DNA of 37,164 nucleotides from a virus (IMGVR_UViG_2690315831_000002); one strand, 5' to 3'. Counted from the stretch's first letter, positions 8,783-17,805 are shown. Numbers and translations are program-made. Notes: generated by a model not told the origin, from the sequence alone.

Positions 8783-9712
8783 ATGGCAAACACTGCTGAG
8801 ATATTCAATTTTCCAGTGCCGGATGAGGCACAAAAGGAGCCGCGCGTGGCAGATCTCGATGATGGTTATACGCGCATTGCAAATGAGTTGCTGGAAGCTG
8901 TGATGCTGGCCGGATTAACACAGCACCAGCTTCTGGTCTTCCTGGCTGTCATGCGCAAAACATATGGCTTTAATAAAAAACTGGATTGGGTGAGCAACGA
9001 GCAACTGTCCGAATTGACCGGGATATTGCCGCACAAGTGTTCTGCTGCAAAAAGTGTTCTGGTAAAGCGTGGGATTTTGATTCAGAGCGGGCGGAATATC
9101 GGTATTAATAATGTGGTCAGTGAATGGGCAACATTACCCGAATCAGGTAAGAAAAATAAAGTTTACCTGAAAGAGGTAAATTTACCTGAATCAGGTAAGA
9201 AAAGTTTACCCAAATCAGGTAAAGGCGTTTACCCGAATCAGGTAAACACAAAAGACAAACTAACAAAAGACAATATAAAACCTTTTTCGTCCGAGAATTC
9301 TGGCGAATCCTCTGACCAACCAGAAAACGATCTTCCTGTGGTGAAACCAGATGCTGCAATTCAGAGCGGCAGCAAATGGGGGACAGCAGAAGACCTGACC
9401 GCCGCAGAGTGGATGTTTGACATGGTGAAGACCATCGCGCCCTCAGCCAGAAAACCGAATTTTGCAGGGTGGGCTAACGATATCCGCCTGATGCGTGAAC
9501 GTGATGGACGTAACCACCGCGACATGTGCGTGCTGTTCCGCTGGGCATGCCAGGACAACTTCTGGTCCGGTAACGTGCTGAGTCCGGCCAAACTCCGCGA
9601 CAAGTGGACCCAGCTCGAAATCAACCGAAACAAGCAACAGGCTGGCGTGACAGCCGGCAAACCAAAACTCGACCTGACGAACACTGACTGGATTTACGGG
9701 GTGGATTTATGA
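8783..9712 (+). CDS. O: Replication initiator O (divergent N-terminal iteron-binding domain, lambda-like C-terminal domain)
   Basis: Start at 'MANTAEIFNF' with GGAAGG RBS, paralleling lambda O 'MTNTAKILNF'; C-terminal half from 'SSENSGESSDQPENDL' to 'TDWIYGVDL' near-identical to lambda O as recalled; contains iterons; stop overlaps P start. Confidence 0.85.
   Translation: MANTAEIFNFPVPDEAQKEPRVADLDDGYTRIANELLEAVMLAGLTQHQLLVFLAVMRKTYGFNKKLDWVSNEQLSELTGILPHKCSAAKSVLVKRGILIQSGRNIGINNVVSEWATLPESGKKNKVYLKEVNLPESGKKSLPKSGKGVYPNQVNTKDKLTKDNIKPFSSENSGESSDQPENDLPVVKPDAAIQSGSKWGTAEDLTAAEWMFDMVKTIAPSARKPNFAGWANDIRLMRERDGRNHRDMCVLFRWACQDNFWSGNVLSPAKLRDKWTQLEINRNKQQAGVTAGKPKLDLTNTDWIYGVDL
9136..9245. repeat. 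Replication origin iterons inside O
   Basis: Five direct repeats of about 15 bp 'ACCYRAAWSAGGTAA' (starts about 9136, 9165, 9184, 9208, 9231), each with internal dyad 'TTACC..GGTAA', followed by an A-rich tract (9245-9290); same layout as lambda ori within O. Confidence 0.75.
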
Positions 9713-10410
9713 AAAACATCGCCGCACAGATGGTTAACTTTGACCGTGAGCAGATGCGCCGGATCGCCAACAATATGCCGGAACAGTACGACGAAAAGCC
9801 GCAGGTACAGCAGGTAGCGCAGATCATCAATGGTGTGTTCAGCCAGTTACTGGCAACTTTCCCTGCGAGCCTGGCTAACCGGGATCAGAACGAACTGAAC
9901 GAAATCCGCCGCCAGTGGGTTCTGGCTTTCCGGGAAAACGGGATCACCACAATGGAACAGGTTAACGCAGGAATGCGCGTAGCCCGTCGGCAGAATCGAC
10001 CATTCCTGCCATCACCCGGGCAGTTTGTTGCCTGGTGCCGGGAAGAAACATCCGTTACCGCTGGGCTGCCAAACGCCAGCGAGCTGGTTGATATGGTTTA
10101 CGAGTATTGCCGGAAGCGTGGCCTGTATCCGGACGCAGAGTCTTATCCATGGAAATCAAACGCGCACTACTGGTTGGTTACCAACCTGTACCAGAACATG
10201 CGGGCCAATGCGCTGACTGACGCGGAATTACGGCGTAAAGCTGCCGATGAGCTGACCTGTATGACCGCGCGAATTAACCGTGGTGAGGCGATACCTGAAC
10301 CAGTAAAACAACTTCCTGTCATGGGCGGTAGACCTCTAAATCGTGCACAGGCTCTGGCGAAGATCGCAGAAATCAAAGCTAAGTTCGGACTGAAAGGAGC
10401 AAGTGTATGA
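9709..10410 (+). CDS. P: Replication protein P (DnaB helicase loader)
   Basis: 233 aa 'MKNIAAQMVNFDREQMRRIANNMPEQYDEKPQV...' near-identical to lambda P as recalled. Confidence 0.95.
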   Translation: MKNIAAQMVNFDREQMRRIANNMPEQYDEKPQVQQVAQIINGVFSQLLATFPASLANRDQNELNEIRRQWVLAFRENGITTMEQVNAGMRVARRQNRPFLPSPGQFVAWCREETSVTAGLPNASELVDMVYEYCRKRGLYPDAESYPWKSNAHYWLVTNLYQNMRANALTDAELRRKAADELTCMTARINRGEAIPEPVKQLPVMGGRPLNRAQALAKIAEIKAKFGLKGASV

Positions 10411-10442
10411 CGGGCAAAGAGGCAATTATTCATTATGAGTAA
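10407..10442 (+). pseudogene. ren: ren remnant (11 codons then stop)
   Basis: ATG overlapping the P stop encodes 'MTGKEAIIHYE' then TAA; lambda Ren begins 'MTGKEAIIHY' as recalled; homology is replaced by low-GC foreign sequence. Confidence 0.6.
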
Positions 10443-10613
10443 CTTTCTAAATTTTTTGAGCCAGATTAGTGGTCTTGGATTCAGTTTACGTCTCAGATAC
10501 TGAGAAGAATCACAATTTGTGATACATGTTAACATTATGACTTTTAAGGCTTTAACTGAATTATTTTAAGAGTATTCTGACCCTTTCGTATCAATGCATG
10601 AACAGGAATCCAC

Positions 10614-11633
10614 ATGTGTTACAGTAATGTTACAGATCGTGATCTTATGGGGCAAATTGCTACTAAACTAAATGACTATCGAAACCCTCCTCAAGGTGGC
10701 ATGAGCATTGATCATGTTAATCGATGGATTAATCAATTTGAGTTAACTGATAGGCGATTTGTCTTAGAGGAAACGGACCGATTAATGGGGATTGGATACT
10801 TTTCTGAGAACGACTATCGCAGGGTTATTAGTAGTATCGCCACTGATGAGCAAAATGAAAGTTTCTTTCAAACTGCAGCGTTTCTCGATATTCAGAACCA
10901 AGGTACCAGTCAATCTGAGTTTTTGGATTTACTTCGAGATGATTGTGTAGAAGAATTCAACGTTGTGACCAGACTTTCACAACGTCAAAGAGTTAGTTCA
11001 TTCCGTGAATTTATTTACGTTGACGATGTTTTATTCTCCGGAGCTAAGGCAATCAATGATTTAATTTGGTTTATTGAGCACTTTAAACTCCAAAATATTA
11101 CAATATTGGTGTACTTTTTAGGTGGGCACACATATTCAACATGGAAGATAAAAGACCAACTTGAACGAAGATTTGCGGGCAGAAATATTTCAGTTGGCGT
11201 TGGTGGAGGTGAGTTTGTATTTGTTGAAAATAAACTCCGAAATAGTTCGAATTCGGAGGTTTTATGGCCAAAAGCGCAAAGTGTATCAATACCTGAATGG
11301 GCTGACGGTCAAATACATTATTTAGGAACATATCGAAACGGTTACGTCGCGAATAAAATTTTTCCTGATGAGCAGAGACGTGATCGTTTTGAAACTATTC
11401 TGACAAAAGTTGGGTTTGATATCCTTGGTCATAGTCAAAATCCCTCTGCTGTCATAAAGCCCTTAGGCTTTTCAACTTTCAATGGTGTTGGGTTTGGCGG
11501 AACTATCTTTACTTTCAGAAACTGCCCAAATAATACCCCTCTCGCGTACTGGTGGGGAACTTATCTTCGAACAGGAAATAGAGCTCTGGATTGCTGGTAT
11601 CCACTTATGAAGCGTAATGTGTATAATCGGTGA
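10614..11633 (+). CDS. Hypothetical 339-aa protein, upstream partner of a NADAR protein (candidate toxin/effector)
   Basis: ORF with AGGA 7 nt upstream; stop overlaps the start of the next gene (GTGA); lower GC than lambda-like flanks; only a weak PRTase-like loop 'FIYVDDVLFSGAKAI'; no confident fold assignment. Confidence 0.7.
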   Translation: MCYSNVTDRDLMGQIATKLNDYRNPPQGGMSIDHVNRWINQFELTDRRFVLEETDRLMGIGYFSENDYRRVISSIATDEQNESFFQTAAFLDIQNQGTSQSEFLDLLRDDCVEEFNVVTRLSQRQRVSSFREFIYVDDVLFSGAKAINDLIWFIEHFKLQNITILVYFLGGHTYSTWKIKDQLERRFAGRNISVGVGGGEFVFVENKLRNSSNSEVLWPKAQSVSIPEWADGQIHYLGTYRNGYVANKIFPDEQRRDRFETILTKVGFDILGHSQNPSAVIKPLGFSTFNGVGFGGTIFTFRNCPNNTPLAYWWGTYLRTGNRALDCWYPLMKRNVYNR

Positions 11634-12247
11634 TCATGAGCTATAGACTATACCTGTTTCACAACACAGTTTCTTTCAGGAAAACCACCGAGAAATGGGG
11701 TGGTCTTTCCAACATGGCCAAAGGATATCCGCTCTTCGTTAATGGTATACCCATTCAATCGAGTGAAATTCTTTACCAAGCATGCCGATATCCAGACTAT
11801 CCAGATATCCAAAGGGTTATTATTACCCAAGCCAACCCTTACGAAGCTAAACAAACCGCCAGAACCTTCGAGGCCAAAACCCGTACTGGTTGGGAAAAAA
11901 ATCGAGTTTCGGTAATGAAATGGTGTGTCTGCGTTAAGCTTTGCCAGAACTGGGAATCGTTCTTCGCGCTATTGGATAGCACAGGAGATCATGACATTGT
12001 TGAGCACTCAGAGAAGGACCAATTTTGGGGGGCTAGTAAGGACTCCGAAGGTAACTTTTATGGCATGAACGTGTTAGGTCGTATCCTTATGGATGCGAGA
12101 GATATTGCAAGAAAGAAGGGGCCTGCAGGGTTTGCTACGATACCGCCGCTACCCTTGGATAGGTTTCTTCTGCTCGGGGAGCAAATACGTGATGTCACTT
12201 TCTCTCCACCACCGATGGATTCAGGGCAAAGCTTATCGCTTTTTTAA
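11630..12247 (+). CDS. NADAR (YbiA/DUF1768-like) domain protein
   Basis: 'GWEKNRVSVMKWCVCVKLCQNWESFFALLDSTGDHDIVEHSEKDQFWGASKDSEGNFYGMNVLGRILMDARD' parallels E. coli YbiA as recalled; translationally coupled to upstream gene (GTG 11630 or ATG 11636). Confidence 0.8.
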   Translation: MIMSYRLYLFHNTVSFRKTTEKWGGLSNMAKGYPLFVNGIPIQSSEILYQACRYPDYPDIQRVIITQANPYEAKQTARTFEAKTRTGWEKNRVSVMKWCVCVKLCQNWESFFALLDSTGDHDIVEHSEKDQFWGASKDSEGNFYGMNVLGRILMDARDIARKKGPAGFATIPPLPLDRFLLLGEQIRDVTFSPPPMDSGQSLSLF

Positions 12248-12531
12248 TGTGGCTGTTGTTCCTCTCTCGGTCGTGACAGTTCTGCAACCCCGCTTTGGCG
12301 GATTTTTTATAAATTATGCAACTTATTGACTTGATACCGATATTTCAGACTTTAACATAGCAGCCAAAATCTAGGACGAAGGCGACAAAGTAAACGTTGA
12401 ATTGGCTGCCATCGGCGTAGCGTTCAAAGAGTGGATGAATATGTCGGTTATAGCGGAAGCGGTGATGCGTGAGCAGACATCGCTCTGCCCAAGGCATCCG
12501 CCCCTCGACATCTTAAGCAGGAAGGTGAAAA

Positions 12532-13014
12532 ATGATAAGTGCAGAAGGACTGCAGCGGTTACTTAATTTATCGGAGCCTCCATCTGATGAACTGATTGAT
12601 GTTTATCTTCAATTCAGCATGATTTTTCCTAGGGTCGAACAAAGTTTTTTTGGTGGCTTTGCTAAGGGGGAAGACAGTTTAAATTATGCTCGAACGTTAC
12701 TTGACGCCGGGATAAAGGTGCCCAACGAACTTTTTCACGATTTTAAGCAGAGATACATTTTGAACGGGGATGCGCAGGAAAGACTTGACGCCCTCTGTTT
12801 CGGTCGAGAGAGAGATAAGCGGGGAATAGTTAATGGGCTTCAAAATGACGCAGCAACAGATCTAAACACCATGTCTACAGTATTAAAGATAGTTATAAGG
12901 ATAAGAAATAACCTTTTCCACGGAAATAAAGACGCTTATCTTTTTGTTGATTCTCAAGAGCAAGCGCAACTATTGAGATGGTGCGTGAGATTTCTCCAAG
13001 GATTATTAAATTAA
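12532..13014 (+). CDS. Hypothetical 160-aa protein with possible HEPN-like Rx4HG motif
   Basis: ORF with AGGAAGG RBS; 'RNNLFHG' near the C-terminus fits the Rx4-6H HEPN pattern; lies between the NADAR operon and the nin genes. Confidence 0.55.
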   Translation: MISAEGLQRLLNLSEPPSDELIDVYLQFSMIFPRVEQSFFGGFAKGEDSLNYARTLLDAGIKVPNELFHDFKQRYILNGDAQERLDALCFGRERDKRGIVNGLQNDAATDLNTMSTVLKIVIRIRNNLFHGNKDAYLFVDSQEQAQLLRWCVRFLQGLLN

Positions 13015-13203
13015 TCTGCCTTTGATTTTCACTAATCAACTCGCCATAATCATGTCATCGGAGCCTGAACAACTCCGGTGACTTCTGCGCTAAACGGGGA
13101 CGTTTATGCGCACATACAATCCAAACTCTCTTCTCCCTTCACAGATGCAGAAATGCACCTGCGATTTTTTGCATCCAGCGCCTGACCTCTGCGGAGGTGA
13201 AGC

Positions 13204-13659
13204 GTGAACCTACCACAAGATGGCATCAAACTGCATCGTGGTAACTTCACCGCTATCGGTCAGCAGATCCAGCCTTATCTGGAGGACGGCAAATGCTTTC
13301 GCATGGTGCTTAAACCGTGGCGCGAGAGACGCAGTCTTTCCCAGAATGCACTTAGCCACATGTGGTACAGCGAAATCAGTGAATACCTCATAAGCAGGGG
13401 GAAATCGTTCGCTACTGCAGCATGGGTAAAAGATGCTCTCAAACACACATACCTCGGTTATGAAACCAAAGACCTGGTTGATGTCGTAACCGGTGAAATC
13501 ACCACTATTCAGTCGTTACGCCATACCTCCGATCTTGATACCGGAGAGATGTATGTCTTCCTGTGTAAGGTTGAAGCCTGGGCGATGAATATTGGCTGCC
13601 ACCTGACTATTCCGCCGAGCTGCGAGTTCGAGCTGCTGCGCGACAAGCAGGAGGCGTAA
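13204..13659 (+). CDS. NinB/YbcN-like recombination protein
   Basis: 151 aa, same length as DLP12 YbcN; '[12 protein letters not shown]' resembles the NinB 'RSLDQNRKLW' motif; followed by ninE-ybcO-rusA as in DLP12; GTG start. Confidence 0.65.
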   Translation: MNLPQDGIKLHRGNFTAIGQQIQPYLEDGKCFRMVLKPWRERRSLSQNALSHMWYSEISEYLISRGKSFATAAWVKDALKHTYLGYETKDLVDVVTGEITTIQSLRHTSDLDTGEMYVFLCKVEAWAMNIGCHLTIPPSCEFELLRDKQEA

Positions 13660-13829
13660 TGGCTACACCGCTTATTCGTGTCATGAACGGGCACATTTAC
13701 AGAGTACCAAATCGTCGTAAGCGTAAACCTGAGCTGAAGCCTTCCGAAATACCAACACTGCTCGGATATACCGCCAGCCTGGTTGATAAAAAATGGTTGC
13801 GACTGGCAGCAAGGAGGAATCATGGCTGA
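13659..13829 (+). CDS. ninE: NinE
   Basis: 56-aa ORF '[56 protein letters not shown]' matches NinE as recalled; start overlaps the ninB-like stop, stop overlaps the next start; below the ORF-track length cut-off. Confidence 0.75.
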   Translation: MATPLIRVMNGHIYRVPNRRKRKPELKPSEIPTLLGYTASLVDKKWLRLAARRNHG

Positions 13830-14112
13830 TTTGAGAAAAGCAGCGCGTGGTCGGGAATGCCAGGTAAGAATCCCTGGCGTATGTAATGGCAACCCTGAAA
13901 CGTCTGTACTGGCACATATCCGGCTGGCTGGATTGTGCGGCACCGGTATTAAACCGCCAGACCTTATTGCCACCATTGCCTGTTCTGCCTGTCACGACGA
14001 AATCGACCGCCGCACGCATTTTGTCGATGCTGAGTACGCAAAAGAATGCGCGCTGGAAGGTATGGCGAGAACGCAGGTTATCTGGCTGAAAGAGGGGGTA
14101 ATCAAGGCGTGA
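13822..14112 (+). CDS. ybcO: YbcO-like DUF1364 protein (putative nin-region zinc-binding nuclease)
   Basis: 96 aa from '[13 protein letters not shown]...', cysteine-rich ('CNGNPE', 'CSACHDE'); same size and position as DLP12 ybcO. Confidence 0.7.
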   Translation: MADLRKAARGRECQVRIPGVCNGNPETSVLAHIRLAGLCGTGIKPPDLIATIACSACHDEIDRRTHFVDAEYAKECALEGMARTQVIWLKEGVIKA

Positions 14113-14471
14113 ATACTTACCACATCACACTACCCTGGCCGCCGAGCAATAACCGCTACTACAGGCATAATCGCGGGCGCACGCACATCAGCGCAGAAGG
14201 GCAGGCATACCGTGATAACGTCGCCCGAATCATTAAAGGCTCAATGCTGGATATCGGTCTGGCTATGCCTGTGAAAATCCGCATTGAGTGCCACATGCCG
14301 GATCGCCGTCGCCGTGACCTGGATAATCTGCAAAAAGCCGCTTTTGACGCACTCACTAAAGCAGGTTTCTGGCTGGATGATGAGCTGGTCGTTGATTACC
14401 GCGTTGTGAAGATGCCTGTTACCAAAGGTGGGAAGCTGGAACTGACCATCACTGAACTGGGGAATGAATGA
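14109..14471 (+). CDS. rusA: RusA Holliday junction resolvase
   Basis: 120 aa from GTG: '[24 protein letters not shown]...' near-identical to E. coli RusA as recalled. Confidence 0.9.
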   Translation: MNTYHITLPWPPSNNRYYRHNRGRTHISAEGQAYRDNVARIIKGSMLDIGLAMPVKIRIECHMPDRRRRDLDNLQKAAFDALTKAGFWLDDELVVDYRVVKMPVTKGGKLELTITELGNE

Positions 14472-14608
14472 TGTTTGAGTCTTATATGGCAGAACGTATT
14501 CGCCACCGCTGGATACGCCTGCGCTTATATCGTTTCCCCGGTTCTGTTTTGACCGATTACCGGATACTGAAGAATTACGCCAAAACACTGAAAGGAGCTG
14601 CCGCATGA
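14468..14608 (+). CDS. ylcG: YlcG-like small protein
   Basis: 46-aa ORF '[26 protein letters not shown]...' overlapping rusA stop and Q start; matches the DLP12 rusA-ylcG-Q arrangement. Confidence 0.5.
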   Translation: MMFESYMAERIRHRWIRLRLYRFPGSVLTDYRILKNYAKTLKGAAA

Positions 14609-15294
14609 ATACCCAATATTTACAGTATGTCCGCGAGCAACTCATTGTGGCTACTGCTGATTTGAGCGGAGCAACGAAAGGCCAGCTTGAAGCCTGGCTG
14701 GAGCATGCACAATTTGATACTGGTACATATAAACGAAAGAAGCTGCGCATTCTGGATGAGGTAACGGGCAAGATGATTACGCTGGATAATCCGCCGATTT
14801 CCGGTAAGCAGTCGTACGCAAAAGGTTCATCCATTGCACTGGTCAGCCAGGTTGAGTTCTCAACATCTTCATGGCGCCGCGCGGTTCTGTCTCTCGAAGA
14901 ACATCAGAAAGCGTGGTTGCTGTGGAGTTACAGTGAAAACATCAGCTTTGAATACCAGGTGGCGATCACCCAGTGGGCGTGGTCTGAATTCAGGGGGTAT
15001 CTCGGCGCGAAGAGGGTGGCAGGCAAGACCATGGAGCGCCTGAAGAAGCTGATATGGTTGGCAGCGCAGGATGTGAAGAGCGAGCTGGCTGGGCGTGAGA
15101 CTTATGAATACCGGGAACTGGCATCACTGGTGGGAGTGACATCAAAAAACTGGTCTGAGACATTCACTGAACGCTGGGTTGCAATGAAGCACATTTTTCT
15201 ACAGCTTGATAGCGAAGCTTTATTGCTTGTAACGAGAACACGTTCAAAACAAAAGACCACATTTTCACAGCAAAGTATTGCAAAACTGGATTAA
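14605..15294 (+). CDS. Q: Putative late antiterminator Q (non-lambda type)
   Basis: 229-aa ORF between rusA/ylcG and a pR'-like promoter upstream of the lysis cassette; assignment is positional, sequence does not match lambda Q. Confidence 0.55.
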   Translation: MNTQYLQYVREQLIVATADLSGATKGQLEAWLEHAQFDTGTYKRKKLRILDEVTGKMITLDNPPISGKQSYAKGSSIALVSQVEFSTSSWRRAVLSLEEHQKAWLLWSYSENISFEYQVAITQWAWSEFRGYLGAKRVAGKTMERLKKLIWLAAQDVKSELAGRETYEYRELASLVGVTSKNWSETFTERWVAMKHIFLQLDSEALLLVTRTRSKQKTTFSQQSIAKLD

Positions 15295-15367
15295 AAAGCA
15301 TATATTTCATGTAAATCTGATATTCTGCCAATGTTGCATGTGCAACTGTTCGTAGATGTAGTAAGGG

Positions 15368-15396
15368 TTGACTATCCAATTTCTAGGATATAGATT
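15368..15396 (+). promoter_or_regulatory. pR'-like late promoter
   Basis: 'TTGACT' - 17 bp - 'TAGATT' just downstream of the Q-position gene; lambda pR' is TTGACT-17-TAAATT as recalled. Confidence 0.45.
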
Positions 15397-15515
15397 TTTC
15401 TGCAATAAAGGTTTTGGGAATGAAGGGGCGGCTCCCAAAAGATAACCGCCAAGTTGGTAACTTCGACTCGATAATTGGTCTGGGACTCCAACCGTGTCGG
15501 CTGAGAGGTCGACGT

Positions 15516-16319
15516 CTATTTCTTTTTGGGAAGTGGATACTTTAAGCTAACATTTTGAGTTTCTATATCTCGTGGCCCTCGAGTTTTATCATAAAAATAC
15601 CAGATATTAAATTTTCTCTCAGTGTGCCATGTATCATATTGCAAGTGATCCCAGCCTAAATATGAAGCAACATAGTTTGATACTCTTATTTTGGCTTCAG
15701 ATGAAGCTTTTCCTTGATATGCGCACATAACCGCACCTAAGAAAAAATCGGCTAGCTGAATGTTTTCAGATGCTTTAGAGTCTTTTGTCACTACACTGCT
15801 GATTATCCCTTTACGACCAAATTTTCTATTCAATATGTTATTGGCAATAACATTTAGTTCTTCATCAGCCTTTTTATAACGAGATGCGATAGGATCAACT
15901 TCAATCCTGAAGTAACTGTCTCTTTCAGGGTGTGCAGAAATTACAGAGCTAATTTTTGTGGTAATGAGATTTGTGAAGTGCTTTCTCCTTGCCAGGTCAT
16001 AATCTCCATTATGAAATGCCTTATTTACTATTGATTTTTCAACCACGATACAATGAAAAGCTAGCCAAGGAACTCTAAAGAATAAGTCGATCAGCTCAAG
16101 ATAAAATTCAGAGTATCTTTTTGAATGGGCTTTTTGCCATTTTATTTCTTCAAAAAAAACATGTTTTCTGCGTAGTTCTCTGATTAGTTGACAGAAATCC
16201 CCACGGCGTTGGTACTTCATCCACAGACTGCCAAAGCCGTAGAAACGTTGTCCATCAATGCCAGATTCATCGCAAGCAATATGCCAAATTAACTTACCAA
16301 TGTTATCTTTTTCTGTCAT
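15516..16319 (-). CDS. DUF3800-like protein (uncharacterised; candidate defence/moron gene)
   Basis: 267 aa with N-terminal 'IACDESG' and C-terminal 'QLAD', fitting the DES / QxxD description of DUF3800 as recalled; AT-rich; antisense between Q and the holin. Confidence 0.7.
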   Translation of the reverse strand: MTEKDNIGKLIWHIACDESGIDGQRFYGFGSLWMKYQRRGDFCQLIRELRRKHVFFEEIKWQKAHSKRYSEFYLELIDLFFRVPWLAFHCIVVEKSIVNKAFHNGDYDLARRKHFTNLITTKISSVISAHPERDSYFRIEVDPIASRYKKADEELNVIANNILNRKFGRKGIISSVVTKDSKASENIQLADFFLGAVMCAYQGKASSEAKIRVSNYVASYLGWDHLQYDTWHTERKFNIWYFYDKTRGPRDIETQNVSLKYPLPKKK

Positions 16320-16535
16320 CTGCTGGTAATACTCTTAGTCCTTAAAGCATAGTATTTAACCATACATGTAACTCATTGATAAAGATCGTTTTATGCAAGT
16401 TGCATATATTGGTTTTTGAAGGCCATTCGCTTGGTTATAAGATTTTTTAGTTATTTTGAATTGACTGTTTATAACAATATTTCCCATGTAAGTTTTTAAT
16501 CATTAGCGTCCCGGCCTTTCGTCGGCGGCGAAACA

Positions 16536-16853
16536 TTGGCTATTCATATGCACGAAAAAGAGAGCCTTGCCGGAGCGTTCTGGCTCGTTTTGCTGATCAT
16601 CGCAGGTTGGGGCGGTCTGGTCCGCTACCTGATAGATGTGAAGCAGAGTAAAGCAACGTGGAGTTGGATAAATGCTCTGGCTCAGATAGTGGTATCGGGA
16701 TTCACCGGTGTTATTGGTGGCCTGATCAGTATCGAAAGTGGATTCAGTATTTACATGATTCTCGCGACAGCGGGGATTAGTGGTGCGATGGGTTCGGTTG
16801 CACTGACGTACTTCTGGGAACGACTGACAGGGGTGAAAAATGCAAAATCTTAA
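16536..16853 (+). CDS. Holin (non-lambda type)
   Basis: 105 aa with three hydrophobic segments and charged C-terminus; possible dual start 'MAIHM'; immediately upstream of and overlapping the endolysin gene. Confidence 0.7.
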   Translation: MAIHMHEKESLAGAFWLVLLIIAGWGGLVRYLIDVKQSKATWSWINALAQIVVSGFTGVIGGLISIESGFSIYMILATAGISGAMGSVALTYFWERLTGVKNAKS

Positions 16854-17316
16854 TCCTCAGCGTAAAGCTTTCCTCGATATGTTGGCGTGGTCAGAGGGAA
16901 CGGATAACGGGCGACAACCGACACGTAACCACGGTTATGATGTTATTGTTGGTGGTGAACTGTTTACTGATTACTCCGATCATCCTCGCAAACTTGTCAC
17001 GCTAAACCCGAAACTTAAATCAACAGCTGCCGGACGTTATCAGCTTCTTTCCCGTTGGTGGGATGCTTACCGTAAACAGCTTGGTTTGAAAGACTTCTCC
17101 CCCAAAAGCCAGGACGCTGTGGCATTGCAGCAGATTAAAGAGCGTGGCGCTTTACCGATGATTGATCGCGGTGATATTCGTCAGGCAATTGACCGTTGCA
17201 GCAATATCTGGGCTTCACTGCCGGGTGCTGGTTATGGTCAGTTCGAGCATAAGGCTGACAGCCTGATTGCAAAATTCAAAGAAGCAGGCGGAACGGTCAG
17301 AGAGATTGAGGTATGA
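16840..17316 (+). CDS. R: Endolysin R (lambda-type lytic transglycosylase)
   Basis: 158 aa; from '[20 protein letters not shown]' onward near-identical to lambda R as recalled. Confidence 0.95.
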   Translation: MQNLNPQRKAFLDMLAWSEGTDNGRQPTRNHGYDVIVGGELFTDYSDHPRKLVTLNPKLKSTAAGRYQLLSRWWDAYRKQLGLKDFSPKSQDAVALQQIKERGALPMIDRGDIRQAIDRCSNIWASLPGAGYGQFEHKADSLIAKFKEAGGTVREIEV

Positions 17317-17774
17317 GCAGAGTAACCGCGATTATCTCCGCTCTGGTTATCTGCATCATCGTCTGCCTGTCATGGGCTGTTAATCATTACCACGATAACG
17401 CCATTACCTACAAAGCCCAGCGCGACAAAAATGCCAGAGAACTGAAGCTGGCGAACTCGACAATTACTGACATGCAGATGCGTCAGCGTGATGTTGCTGC
17501 GCTCGATGCAAAATACACGAAGGAGTTAGCTGATGCGAAAGCTGAAAATGATGCTCTGCGTGATGATGTTGCCGCTGGTCGTCGTCGGTTGCACATCAAA
17601 GCAGTCTGTCAGTCAGTGCGTGAAGCCACCACCGCCTCCGGCGTGGATAATGCAGCCTCCCCCCGACTGGCAGACACCGCTGAACGGGATTATTTCACCC
17701 TCAGAGAGAGGCTGATTACTATGCAAAAACAACTGGAAGGAACCCAGAAGTATATTAATGAGCAGTGCCGATAG
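17313..17774 (+). CDS. Rz: Spanin inner-membrane subunit Rz
   Basis: 153 aa with N-terminal TMD and coiled-coil region; overlaps R stop; lambda Rz-like. Confidence 0.85.
   Translation: MSRVTAIISALVICIIVCLSWAVNHYHDNAITYKAQRDKNARELKLANSTITDMQMRQRDVAALDAKYTKELADAKAENDALRDDVAAGRRRLHIKAVCQSVREATTASGVDNAASPRLADTAERDYFTLRERLITMQKQLEGTQKYINEQCR
17533..17715 (+). CDS. Rz1: Spanin outer-membrane lipoprotein Rz1 (embedded in Rz, +1 frame)
   Basis: 60 aa with lipobox 'VVGCTS' and proline-rich body ('[15 protein letters not shown]'), embedded in Rz as in lambda. Confidence 0.75.
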   Translation: MRKLKMMLCVMMLPLVVVGCTSKQSVSQCVKPPPPPAWIMQPPPDWQTPLNGIISPSERG

Positions 17775-17805
17775 AGCTGCCCATATCGATGGGCAACTCA
17801 TGCAA

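Noticed and set aside
10167-10535. 122-aa minus-strand ORF spanning the end of P and the ren remnant
   Set aside because: Antisense to the well-supported P gene; regarded as a shadow ORF.
15397-15520. Possible tR'/6S-like terminator downstream of the pR'-like promoter
   Set aside because: Only weak, imperfect hairpins precede the T-run at about 15510-15520, which also overlaps the 3' end of the antisense DUF3800-like gene; not confident enough to call.
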